Below, one piece after another: positions 55,582 through 64,000 of a DNA stretch of 64,000 bases. The notes below the pieces were generated by a model. That model did no database searches, was not told where the DNA came from, and was given only the letters and a program-made list of their open reading frames with translations. The stretch lies in the NCBI GenBank assembly GCA_030690415.1, contig JAUYGZ010000011.1, forward strand, positions 6,269 to 70,268. The letters are read 5' to 3'. Both the position numbers and the translations under genes were made by a program. The stretch's first letter is position 1. Each line of letters begins with the position of its first letter. Origin of the DNA: a bacterium (GTDB lineage: Bacteria; Patescibacteriota; Gracilibacteria; JAUYGZ01).

Positions 55582-57579
55582 GTGTCACGAAAAAAAACCA
55601 CAACACGATTACTCTCCACCTCTCCACTCCGGAGCTTCCTGCTCATCGGAGGTCTAGCCCTCTTCATCGCGCTGAGCTGGAGGGCACTGTTTCCCGGAAC
55701 AGAGCTGGGAACCTCTGTTCTGCGCACCAGCTTCAATCGTCTCAGCTCCACGGTCGTGAATTTCAGTATCCCAAGCGCAGGAACACTCAGCATCAGCGCC
55801 GGTCCCAGCGCATATATCGGTGACGCAAGAGTCTTCGGGCTGATCCTGGAGCTTGAAAATGCAAACCCCACGAATAGCTCTCCCTTCATCATCCAGAGCC
55901 CTGATTTGGACGTCTTCAATACCATCAACCCTGATAACCCACAGGAGGTCATCTTGACGACCATATTCCCTCAAGGGCATCTCACCAGCAATGAACGCCT
56001 TATCGCGGAGCTTCCTTTCTCGCCAACACAAGAAGGTCAGTTTCTCATCAAGTCTATTTTCTTCGGCAACCTTCCGGCCACGACCTTCCCCGCCTATCAG
56101 GAGTTCCCGATCTTTATCGAGAGCTCCAACATCCTTTTTGATGCCAATGGAAACGCAGTAGTGGTGACGCCTCCTCCTCCCCCGCCACCCCCACCGGTGC
56201 TCACGCAGTGTTCAGACGGCCTTGATAATGACGCCGACGGCTTGACCGACTACTCTGCCGATCCGGGCTGTGAGGACCTCCTCGACAACGACGAAACCGA
56301 CCCCATTGGGCTCGGACCGCTGAGACTGGACATCCCTCCCGATCTGGTGAAGGTTCTCCAAAAACTCAACCACACGATCGAGCACCTCGTGATCTTACCG
56401 CCGGCGCAACAGTTCCTACAGTACCAATTCCAGATGGAAGCAGCCGGAGGAGAAGAGCCGCTGGACTATACTTGGAGTAGAGTCGGAGGCGCGCTCAATA
56501 CGAACAACCAGTATGATCTTCCCGGTTCAGGGCTGACCCTAAGCCCGGCCGGTCTTATTCAGGCGGCGGGCCCCGAGCTGAACCCCGGCAATTACCAGTA
56601 CCAGCTTTCGGTCAGTGACGGGCTGGACACCCTGGAGTTCAGCCTTCAGATCGCCGTCTATGATGGATTTGGAAACCCGATTTTGCTCCAGTTGGTTCCC
56701 AGCTTTACCGGCAGTGAACAGATCTGCACGGTCGGACAGATCTGCGAAGCCAGCTTCCTTACCAGGGAAGGAAGATCGCCCTATACATACACCTTCACGG
56801 GCGAAAAACCCGACCTGCCTACCTTCCCCCAGATGAGCATTGACGGACCTTTCTATCGCTTTACGCCGACCACCGCAGAGCTGGGAAGTTATCGGGGCAC
56901 GATGTCGGTCTCTGACAGTAGCGTGCCAGCTCAGACTGCTCAGAGAGATTTTATGCTCACCATTGTTCCCGCGGATATCGAGAGCGAATTCGTCTATTCC
57001 GCCGAAAAACGATGTGATTTCCTGGATATTTCAGCGGTGGAAGAGGCCGGTCAGTACACTCAATTCACCTGCCGAAATGGGGTCATGGAAGGATTTGAAG
57101 GTCTATTTCGGCCTAACGATTCGCTCAACCGTGCCGAGGCGGCAAAGGTGACGAGCCTGATCGTGGCGGATCAAAGCACCGTTGAAATGAGCTTCAGACA
57201 ATTCTCGAATGTTGATTCAGGGACTCCGGTAAACTACAACGATGTCCTGGTGAGGGACTGGTTTGCGAACTTCGTCTACTACCTTTTCCAAAAGGGAATC
57301 ATCATCGACAACGACCTGTACAGACCAGCTGACACCCTCAATGTGGCTGAGGCGATGAAGCTGGTCGTAGAGTCCTATATCAATCTCAGTGAACCCCTGC
57401 TCAACGATTTGGAAGATATTACCGGATACACAGAGTGGTTTCAGCCCTACCAGACCATTGCCAGCTACGTGGATGCCGAAATGGCCTTTGTGGACCCCGC
57501 TCTTCCCGCTAAGCGTGTCTGGATGGCAGAATTTCTCTACAAGCTTTCAACCAGCTACCCGACCTCCAAGTTCCAGTAA
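55582..57579 (+). CDS. Surface protein: Cys/Asp repeat, putative Ig-like domains, C-terminal SLH
   Basis: TM helix, poly-Pro linker, QCSDGLDNDADGLTDYSADPGC, SGLTLSPAGLI...YQYQLSVSDG, SLH motif GLFRPNDSLNRAEAAKV. Confidence 0.8.
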   Translation: MSRKKTTTRLLSTSPLRSFLLIGGLALFIALSWRALFPGTELGTSVLRTSFNRLSSTVVNFSIPSAGTLSISAGPSAYIGDARVFGLILELENANPTNSSPFIIQSPDLDVFNTINPDNPQEVILTTIFPQGHLTSNERLIAELPFSPTQEGQFLIKSIFFGNLPATTFPAYQEFPIFIESSNILFDANGNAVVVTPPPPPPPPPVLTQCSDGLDNDADGLTDYSADPGCEDLLDNDETDPIGLGPLRLDIPPDLVKVLQKLNHTIEHLVILPPAQQFLQYQFQMEAAGGEEPLDYTWSRVGGALNTNNQYDLPGSGLTLSPAGLIQAAGPELNPGNYQYQLSVSDGLDTLEFSLQIAVYDGFGNPILLQLVPSFTGSEQICTVGQICEASFLTREGRSPYTYTFTGEKPDLPTFPQMSIDGPFYRFTPTTAELGSYRGTMSVSDSSVPAQTAQRDFMLTIVPADIESEFVYSAEKRCDFLDISAVEEAGQYTQFTCRNGVMEGFEGLFRPNDSLNRAEAAKVTSLIVADQSTVEMSFRQFSNVDSGTPVNYNDVLVRDWFANFVYYLFQKGIIIDNDLYRPADTLNVAEAMKLVVESYINLSEPLLNDLEDITGYTEWFQPYQTIASYVDAEMAFVDPALPAKRVWMAEFLYKLSTSYPTSKFQ

Positions 57580-57597
57580 GTGCTTACTTCTCAGAGT

Positions 57598-58974
57598 ATG
57601 AAAACAATTGCGGGGTCCGTATCAAAAAAAACGCTGGTATGGATGATCATCATTGCAGTTTTTGGAGCCTTGCTCATCTGGATCAGCTTTCAGCCGACAC
57701 TTACACCACTGAAGAGTCAGGTCACGGCACCCACGACCCCAGCAGTTCAGATGGTCGGAGACGAAAGCAGGGCCAATGCCTTCACGAGCTTTGAACAATC
57801 CGATCCGAATATCGATATGAACGAGGCGGGGGTTTCAGTAGTGGTCTGGCAAAGTCGGCAGGGAGAAAGTAGCTACCCCGGGGTAGGAGGAAACATCTTT
57901 GCCGTTCGCTATGACCAGACAGGACGGGAGATAGTGCCACCGGAGGAGCTTAGAGACAAAGGAGGGGTTAAGGGTAATGAGTTTCGGGTGAATACTCCGG
58001 GCAATAATCTTCCGGGATCCCCTAGCGTGACCATGAACGCAGCAGGAAGCTTTGTTGTGGCCTGGTATAGTCGGAATAATGGCAAGGTGTTTGCGCGACG
58101 GTTTGACCCTTCCGGAGCCATGGTGGGAGAGGAGCTGGAGATAAATAGTCAATCAAAAGCAAAGTTTCAGGATGATGCCAGGATAGCCGTTGGGATGGAT
58201 GATGAGGAAGACTTCGTGGTGGCGTGGTTCGGCACAGGGCCGAATGATGAAGAAGGCATTTACGCTCGATGGTATGATAGCAGTGGAGCACCCCGAGGAG
58301 ATGAAGCCCTGATCAATACAACGCTAGTGGGTGAACAATCTTCACCTTCAGTGGCCATGAATGCATCGGGCTCCACCGTCTTCACCTGGTTCGGAAATGG
58401 GGTAGGAGACGAGCAGGGAGTTTTTGCGAGACAATTTGACCAAAATAGCGTTGCGCTTGGCGAAGAACGATTGGTCAATGAAAACCCAGAACGACCGCAG
58501 AAAAGACCCTCGATAGACATGATCAACACAGGAGAGTTTGTGATCGTCTGGCAGACCCTTTTTGACGATGATCGCAAGTGGGATATTTCTTTTCGAACCT
58601 TCTCGCCAGTTGGAACGCCTGGTCCTGAAATTAGAGCAAACAGCAAGCGGGAGAAAGATCAGGAGCATCCTGCCGTCGCACTGAGTGAGGAGGGAGAAAT
58701 CCTCATCGCCTGGGATACCAATGATGTTTTACTGCCTTCTCGAAGAGACGTCTTTGCCAGGCTCTTCGATCCTGAAGGCAATCCTCTTACCCAGGGCATT
58801 TCCCGTGTCAACAGCACGGCAGACAACGCTCAATGGTACCCCGGGGTGGCGATGAATAGCCAACGTGATATTGTCATTCTCTGGAGCGGATACCGGGAAG
58901 ATGACGTGTCGGGTTACGATCACGAGGCCGTCGTCTTCCAGCGCTTCAAAAAATATGATGGAAATGTGGAATAG
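57598..58974 (+). CDS. Anchored protein with ~6 beta-propeller-like repeats
   Basis: Repeated E..VN....Q..PSVAM...G.FVV.W......IFAR.FD..G units after an N-terminal TM helix. Confidence 0.8.
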   Translation: MKTIAGSVSKKTLVWMIIIAVFGALLIWISFQPTLTPLKSQVTAPTTPAVQMVGDESRANAFTSFEQSDPNIDMNEAGVSVVVWQSRQGESSYPGVGGNIFAVRYDQTGREIVPPEELRDKGGVKGNEFRVNTPGNNLPGSPSVTMNAAGSFVVAWYSRNNGKVFARRFDPSGAMVGEELEINSQSKAKFQDDARIAVGMDDEEDFVVAWFGTGPNDEEGIYARWYDSSGAPRGDEALINTTLVGEQSSPSVAMNASGSTVFTWFGNGVGDEQGVFARQFDQNSVALGEERLVNENPERPQKRPSIDMINTGEFVIVWQTLFDDDRKWDISFRTFSPVGTPGPEIRANSKREKDQEHPAVALSEEGEILIAWDTNDVLLPSRRDVFARLFDPEGNPLTQGISRVNSTADNAQWYPGVAMNSQRDIVILWSGYREDDVSGYDHEAVVFQRFKKYDGNVE

Positions 58975-58983
58975 AAAGCCTGC

Positions 58984-59019
58984 ACTCAAAGAAGACCAAT
59001 CACTCGGGCTTCTTTGAGT
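58984..59019. terminator. Hairpin terminator between a convergent gene and rnpB
   Basis: 11-bp inverted repeat actcaaagaag...cttctttgagt. Confidence 0.65.
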
Positions 59020-59021
59020 TT

Positions 59022-59421
59022 CCCCATCATCATAAGCCGGATTCTGTCGAGGAGATGATCTATCTCGACTCCGCGTTGCCGCGAAGCTCTAGCGTTGGGC
59101 AAGACTGGAGCCCCTGGCGGCTTGATCCACTCTTCCCATCCCAACTTGCTCCGTCCAGAATTTAACCGAGGGCACCTAATCACTCAGGGCCCTCCCCGCT
59201 GAACGGGGCTTTTCACCTTTCGCCGCGGAGCGGCGACCCTGAGCGAAGTCGATGGGTTATTTCGCTCAGGCTAGTCGCTCCGCGGCTAGTATTGTCTCTG
59301 TGGCAATGGTCCTATGCTGACATTTCTGCCGACACGGTCGCCGTTAGCGACTGAATTTGCCAGGTGGAGTCCGGACTTTCCTCTCCCCTACCAAGGCAGG
59401 GAAGCCATCTCTCAGATGGGG
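59022..59421 (-). ncRNA. rnpB: RNase P RNA
   Basis: Minus strand contains GAGGAAAGTCCGGACTCC, GCCACAGAGACAA, GGTGAAAAG, GGAGCAAG and 3' ACAGAATCCGGCTTAT; P1 ccccatc/gatgggg. Confidence 0.95.
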
Positions 59422-59484
59422 GCTGAAAGAATAGGATAAAACATTCCAAAACGCAAATATGATACTCCGCCGAGCGTTTTTCTG

Positions 59485-59541
59485 TTGAGTTATTATGACT
59501 GCCATGATATCATTCAATTGCATAATAAGTTATACAGTCAT
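59485..59541 (+). promoter_or_regulatory. vapBC promoter with inverted repeats (putative autoregulatory operator)
   Basis: TTGAGT-N17-TATCAT with upstream TG; inverted repeats ttattatg/cataataa and atgactg/cagtcat; palindrome atgatatcat. Confidence 0.55.
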
Positions 59542-59788
59542 GACCACCGCAAGTCCCCAACAACAGTCAAAAAAAAGGGTAATTTTCAACCTTCCTCTCG
59601 AGGTCGTTGAGCGTTTGGAAGCCATTCCAAGCGGAGACAGATCAACATTTGCTGCCGATGCCCTGATGCGACAGCTCAAGATCCAGGGGCGAATCGCATG
59701 GCTTAAAAAATTCAAACGTTCAGGCAAAGTGATCCCCATCAGACGAGACAAGGGTGGTTGGGGGGATGTAAAGCGAAATCAGTATTAG
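59540..59788 (+). CDS. Putative ribbon-helix-helix antitoxin (VapB-like)
   Basis: KRVIFNLPLEVVERLEAIPSGDRSTFAADAL RHH pattern; lies 12 nt upstream of a PIN toxin. Confidence 0.75.
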   Translation: MTTASPQQQSKKRVIFNLPLEVVERLEAIPSGDRSTFAADALMRQLKIQGRIAWLKKFKRSGKVIPIRRDKGGWGDVKRNQY

Positions 59789-59800
59789 TAAAGAAGAGGT

Positions 59801-60181
59801 ATGAAACTGCTCGACACTAATATTCTTATCTACGCCCTGAACCCGAAGAGCCCCCTCCACGAAAGGGCGCTATCGATTCTCTCGCAATCTGATCAAGAAT
59901 TTGCACTTTCCGCACTCAGCTACTTCGAAATTTTTCTAGGAGCCCTGAAGGAACACAGGGAACAGATTAGGTTTTTTTTGGACTATTATCACGTCTTCCG
60001 GGTTACTCCAGAGATCGCTTATCGAGGAGCTGTCCTCATGGTCGACCACAATAAATCATCCCGAAGTCTGAAAATCGATAGCCTCATCGCGGCAACAGCC
60101 ATGGAGCATGATGTGCCTTTCATGACAAACAACCCCAAGGATTTTGAATGGATCAAAGGACTGAAGGTCGAAAGTCTTTAG
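59801..60181 (+). CDS. vapC: PIN-domain toxin VapC
   Basis: LLDTNILI, SYFEI, DSLIAATA, TNNPKDF. Confidence 0.93.
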   Translation: MKLLDTNILIYALNPKSPLHERALSILSQSDQEFALSALSYFEIFLGALKEHREQIRFFLDYYHVFRVTPEIAYRGAVLMVDHNKSSRSLKIDSLIAATAMEHDVPFMTNNPKDFEWIKGLKVESL

Positions 60182-60266
60182 GCCAGCGTCATTTGACAAT
60201 AATAGACGTAATTCCCGCTTGACTCTGCTATTTCTCCCGCTAAGCTTCGGGCAAGTTCTCACGATT

Positions 60267-60332
60267 ATGAGCACCATTCAGAGTACCACCACCATTATCA
60301 CCACAACGACCACCGGGTCGCTGATGAGGTAG
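60267..60332 (+). CDS. thrL: thr operon leader peptide MSTIQSTTTIITTTTTGSLMR
   Basis: 21 codons with 9 Thr and 3 Ile directly upstream of thrA; candidate promoter TTGACT-N16-TAAGCT at 60219-60246. Confidence 0.9.
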   Translation: MSTIQSTTTIITTTTTGSLMR

Positions 60333-60389
60333 TGTGTGATGACTGGCAGATCATGTCCCCCTACTACCTCAGATGAGGTGGTTTTTTTT
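60323..60389 (+). terminator. Attenuator: antiterminator/terminator pair
   Basis: Terminator actacctc-agat-gaggtggt followed by a T run; alternative pairing of tgaggtagt (leader stop region) with actacctca. Confidence 0.85.
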
Positions 60390-60410
60390 ATCTTCTTAAT
60401 CTTTCTTCCC

Positions 60411-62882
60411 ATGAAAGTCCTGAAATTTGGAGGGACCTCTGTCGGTACTCCAGACGCGATCAGAAACGTTGCCACAATCGTTGAAAAGACTCAGCAGGGA
60501 AACGAAGATCCCATTGTCGTCGTCTGTTCGGCATTTTCTGAGGTGACGAACCAGTTGATCAAAGCAGCCAATCTGGCTAAAGACAATGATCAGGAATACA
60601 AAGGCCTTGTTTATCAGTTGGGGAAGCAACATCTGGATTCGATTGATCAGCTTTTTGAGGATCCTCAAGAAAAAAGAAAAGTTCAGGCTATTATTCTTAA
60701 AACCATCGAAGAGCTCGAAAGAAGCCTCAATGCCTGTGCGGAGCTGGGACAGCTGCCATCAGCCACTCACGATAAAATCCTTAGCTGTGGAGAGCGCCTT
60801 TCAACAAGCATCGTGGCTCACTATCTTCAGGAGAGAGGTCTTGAAGTAGCTTTTCTAGACGCAAGAAAAGTTATCAGAACCGATAAGAATCACGGAGACG
60901 CACAGGTGGACTTCGCCGTCACCAACAAGAACATTCAGCATTATATGGCGGAGCAGAGAGTTAAGATTCAAGTAGTAACCGGATTTATTGGGGCAACCGC
61001 CGACGGTCAGACGACGACCCTTGGAAGAGGCGGGTCAGACTACACCGCGACCATTTTTGGGGCGGCACTCGGTGTCGATCGGGTTGTTCTCTACAAGAAG
61101 GACGTAAACGGGGTCTGCACCGCAGATCCAAAAAGAGTGCCCAATGCGAAAGCCCTGATGGAAATGTCCTATAATGAAGCGGCGGCGCTCACAACACTTG
61201 GCGCGAAGGTTATCCATCCGGCAGCAATGGTCCCGGTTCAGGAGAAAAATATCCCTATTGAAATCAGGAACACCACGGACCTGGAAACTTCAGGAACATT
61301 AGTGTCTCGTGTCCCCGAGAAAAATGGCGATGTCGTGAAAGGGATAAGCTCTCTCGAAGAGGTGTCGTTGGTGACGCTCAAAGGGCCTGGGCTTAGGGGT
61401 GTTATAGGGACTTCAGCGAGGCTGTATGAGGCTTTGAGCAAATCGGGTGTGAATGTGATTCTGGCAGTACAAGACGCCTCAGAAAATAACATTTGCGTGG
61501 CGGTGAATCCAAGCGACGAGAAAAAAGCAAAGAAAGCCATTGAAGATGAGTTTTACCGAGAAGACCACCAAGGTCTCATGACAGTTGAATCGGAAGGAGA
61601 CTTTGCAATTATCTCTGTTGTTGGAGATGGGATGATAGGAACCCATGGCATGATGGGCCAATTCGCAACGGCGTTGGGCAACGCAGGGGTAAATATCCAT
61701 GCCGTAGCGCAAGGGTCTTCGGAAAACAGTATTTCAGCCGTGATCAAAAGACAAAAGTTGGATAAGGCTCTTCAGGCGGTCCATGATAAGTTTTTTGAAC
61801 ACATCCTTCGACTCTTTGTTGTTGGAGCCACGGGGAATATTGGGAAAACGCTGCTCGAACAAGTGAGAACAACAGTCGAGCAACTGTGGGTTCGAAACAA
61901 ACTCAAGATTGTATTGTCAGGGGTGGCCAGCAGTAAAAAGATGTTCTTAAATTCGCAGGGGATAGGCTTGAACGAATGGGAAAAGGCGCTTCTCACAAAA
62001 GGCGGGGAAATGAGCTTCACGAATTTTACTGAAAAGATGAAACAAATGGATCTTCCCAATGCAGTTTTTGTAGATTGCACTGCCGAAGAAACGATCACCG
62101 AGCTCTATGAATCAATCCTCCGTGCGAGCATTTCAATTGTGACGCCAAACAAGAAAGCCATGACGGGGGAATTAGAAAAATATAAGGGGCTCAAAAAAGC
62201 AGCAGAAGAGAAGAAAGTGGGCCTGCGCTTCGATACTACTGCAGCAGCGGGTCTCGGCGTGATTAGCAGAATCAAGGAATTGAGGGATCAGGGAGATCAG
62301 ATTAATCGCATCGAAGCCGTGCTCTCTGGGACGCTCAGTTATATCTTCAACACTTTTGACGGGACAAAACCCTTTAGTGAAGTGGTGAAAGAAGCCAAAC
62401 AAGCCGGGTACACGGAGTCAGATCCGCGCGACGATCTGAACGGAATGGATGTGGCACGAAAGATCCTCATATTGGCTCGCGAGAGTGGGTATGATCTAGA
62501 GCCAGGGAACATCCAAGTCCAAGGCCTTCTCAACGATGCATGTCATCAGGCAGGAAGCGTGGAAGAATTCTTCACAGAGCTGAAAAAAATGGACTCCCAT
62601 TTCGAAACAATGAGACTCAAGGCTGAACAAGAAGGAAAAGCACTTCGATATATTGCCCGTTTTAGCAAGGACGAGCAGAGTGCTAAGGTCGCTCTTGAGG
62701 CAGTTCCCAAAAATCACCCTTTTGCAGGACTTTCCGGCGCCGACAACAGCATTGCCATCAGTACGGAGTACTACGACGGCAATAGTCCGGACATCAAAAG
62801 AGGCCCAGGCGCAGGGAAAAGAGTGACCGCTGGTGGAGTCTACAATGATATAGTGAAGGTTGGATCTTCTCAGAAACAATGA
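60411..62882 (+). CDS. thrA: Bifunctional aspartokinase/homoserine dehydrogenase I
   Basis: MKVLKFGGTSV, TTTLGRGGSDYTA, ACT domains (SVVGDGM...QGSSE), VGATGNIG, TPNKKA, DPRDDLNGMDVARK, GPGAG. Confidence 0.96.
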   Translation: MKVLKFGGTSVGTPDAIRNVATIVEKTQQGNEDPIVVVCSAFSEVTNQLIKAANLAKDNDQEYKGLVYQLGKQHLDSIDQLFEDPQEKRKVQAIILKTIEELERSLNACAELGQLPSATHDKILSCGERLSTSIVAHYLQERGLEVAFLDARKVIRTDKNHGDAQVDFAVTNKNIQHYMAEQRVKIQVVTGFIGATADGQTTTLGRGGSDYTATIFGAALGVDRVVLYKKDVNGVCTADPKRVPNAKALMEMSYNEAAALTTLGAKVIHPAAMVPVQEKNIPIEIRNTTDLETSGTLVSRVPEKNGDVVKGISSLEEVSLVTLKGPGLRGVIGTSARLYEALSKSGVNVILAVQDASENNICVAVNPSDEKKAKKAIEDEFYREDHQGLMTVESEGDFAIISVVGDGMIGTHGMMGQFATALGNAGVNIHAVAQGSSENSISAVIKRQKLDKALQAVHDKFFEHILRLFVVGATGNIGKTLLEQVRTTVEQLWVRNKLKIVLSGVASSKKMFLNSQGIGLNEWEKALLTKGGEMSFTNFTEKMKQMDLPNAVFVDCTAEETITELYESILRASISIVTPNKKAMTGELEKYKGLKKAAEEKKVGLRFDTTAAAGLGVISRIKELRDQGDQINRIEAVLSGTLSYIFNTFDGTKPFSEVVKEAKQAGYTESDPRDDLNGMDVARKILILARESGYDLEPGNIQVQGLLNDACHQAGSVEEFFTELKKMDSHFETMRLKAEQEGKALRYIARFSKDEQSAKVALEAVPKNHPFAGLSGADNSIAISTEYYDGNSPDIKRGPGAGKRVTAGGVYNDIVKVGSSQKQ

Positions 62883-63367
62883 ACCCATCACAAACCACCA
62901 AAGACCTCCTCCACCAGCTCAGCATCGAATTTCAGGAGTTCACGCACCCACCCGTCTTCACCTGCGAAGAGGCCGAGCGCCTGTGCCCACCCATGCCCGG
63001 CAAAAAGAACAAAAACCTCTTTCTACGCGACGCGAAAGGGAAAAAATATTTTTTATTCAGCCTCGCCCAGGACAAACGACTCAGTATTCAGCAAATGGCC
63101 GATATCGCTGGAGAAAAGAGCCTGAGCTTCGCGTCGGAACGCCGCCTCAAAGAAGTTCTCGGGATAGAGCCTGGTTCGGTCGGAATCCTGGCCCTCATCA
63201 ATGACACTCAAAAACTAACGACGGTCTTTATTGACAGCGATCTTCTCGATCCAGAATGGTTCCAGTCCCATCCGCTGATCAATACGAGCACATGGTGTCT
63301 GAAGAGCGAAGACGTTCCCCGATTTTTATCGGCCACGGGGCATCACGTTATCATCATCGAAAACTGA
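62879..63367 (+). CDS. YbaK/ProX superfamily aminoacyl-tRNA trans-editing deacylase (ProXp-ala/PrdX-like)
   Basis: HPPVFTCEEA, KNLFLRD, LSFAS...LGIEPGSV, HPLINTST; ATGA overlap with the thrA stop. Confidence 0.9.
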   Translation: MNPSQTTKDLLHQLSIEFQEFTHPPVFTCEEAERLCPPMPGKKNKNLFLRDAKGKKYFLFSLAQDKRLSIQQMADIAGEKSLSFASERRLKEVLGIEPGSVGILALINDTQKLTTVFIDSDLLDPEWFQSHPLINTSTWCLKSEDVPRFLSATGHHVIIIEN

Positions 63368-63451
63368 TGAGAGGTAAAAAAAGACCAAAAAAATCTCGTA
63401 TTCAAGACTAGAAAATGCTATAATGAACAGATGGTAAACATATAAAAAGCC

Positions 63452-64000
63452 ATGCCGTTCAAAAAAAACAATAAAAAAATAATCCGAGTCCTTGGCGCAT
63501 TGGCCGTGCCGACGCTTCTTGTTTCGCTTGGAATAGCATTCTTCAGCGAAGGGGGTTCACAGCTGGCAAAGAATTTCCTTTCTGCGGCGTTGGTTCCCGG
63601 CGACTTCACCATGCCGGCAAGCGAAGTCGAATATCGTACGGTAGAGACGACCTTCACTCCTCCCGGAGGATTCTCTGGCGCGGAGCATGAGGTATGGACA
63701 AAGAACGGTTCTCCGTACGCTGCAGCCCACTGGCCGATGAACTCCACTGGCCTTACTGATATTAGCGGCAATGGGAATAACAGTACCACGACGACAGGCA
63801 CGCCAACTTTCCGAACTGCCGCCAGTGGATTGTGTCTGTCCGGTTTTGGTGGTTGTTGGGACTTTGATGACGCCGTGTTTGAATACTTCACGATCCCCAC
63901 TTCTCCGACTCTGGCCTTCGCGGGATCATTTTCGATGTCCGCCTGGTTCAACAGTGACCAGGCCTTCGATGAGATTCGATCAGGATGGCATGGGATTGTG
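63452..64000 (+). CDS. Secreted LamG-domain protein, 3'-truncated by window edge
   Basis: MPFKKNNKKIIRVLGALAVPTLLVSLGIAFF... AAHWPMNSTGLTDISGNGNN...GGCWDFD...SFSMSAWF; open to the window end. Confidence 0.8.
   Translation, partial: MPFKKNNKKIIRVLGALAVPTLLVSLGIAFFSEGGSQLAKNFLSAALVPGDFTMPASEVEYRTVETTFTPPGGFSGAEHEVWTKNGSPYAAAHWPMNSTGLTDISGNGNNSTTTTGTPTFRTAASGLCLSGFGGCWDFDDAVFEYFTIPTSPTLAFAGSFSMSAWFNSDQAFDEIRSGWHGIV

Noticed and set aside
58986..59183. 65-aa minus-strand ORF
   Set aside because: It lies mostly within RNase P RNA.
60336..60410. Upstream start of thrA in the track
   Set aside because: It runs through the attenuator terminator; the family N-terminus MKVLKFGG starts at 60411.
63418..63951. 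177-aa minus-strand ORF at the right edge
   Set aside because: It is the antisense shadow of the plus-strand signal-peptide/LamG gene starting at 63452.

Overview
Chromosomal window from a bacterium using the standard genetic code: TGA terminates rpsL, grpE and thrA at normal lengths. A Patescibacteria/CPR, Peregrinibacteria-like origin is inferred from the short HrcA, SLH and giant surface proteins, SD-less leaders and interspersed repeats; this is not proven. The first 23.8 kb is a single minus-strand giant ORF (>7,900 aa, running off the left edge and so absent from the ORF track). It encodes an N-terminally anchored surface protein with beta-helix-like repeats, DUF2341 and six LamG domains. 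Next come tmRNA with a long tag, a palindromic repeat array fused to the tmRNA 3' end, and a small GIY-YIG nuclease. Housekeeping genes include fusA (separated from rpsL-rpsG), hrcA-grpE (separated from a CIRCE-controlled dnaK), fmt, yebC, tRNA-Pro and rnpB. The window also holds a 2,053-aa PLP aminotransferase/PEP carboxykinase-like fusion, a cluster of secreted proteins, a vapBC pair, a Thr/Ile leader-peptide attenuator controlling thrA coupled to a tRNA-editing deacylase, and the start of another LamG protein. Top leads are the aminotransferase-PEPCK fusion, the RNA-gene-associated repeat/GIY-YIG element (a related repeat sits inside RNase P RNA), the giant modular adhesin and the thr attenuator.
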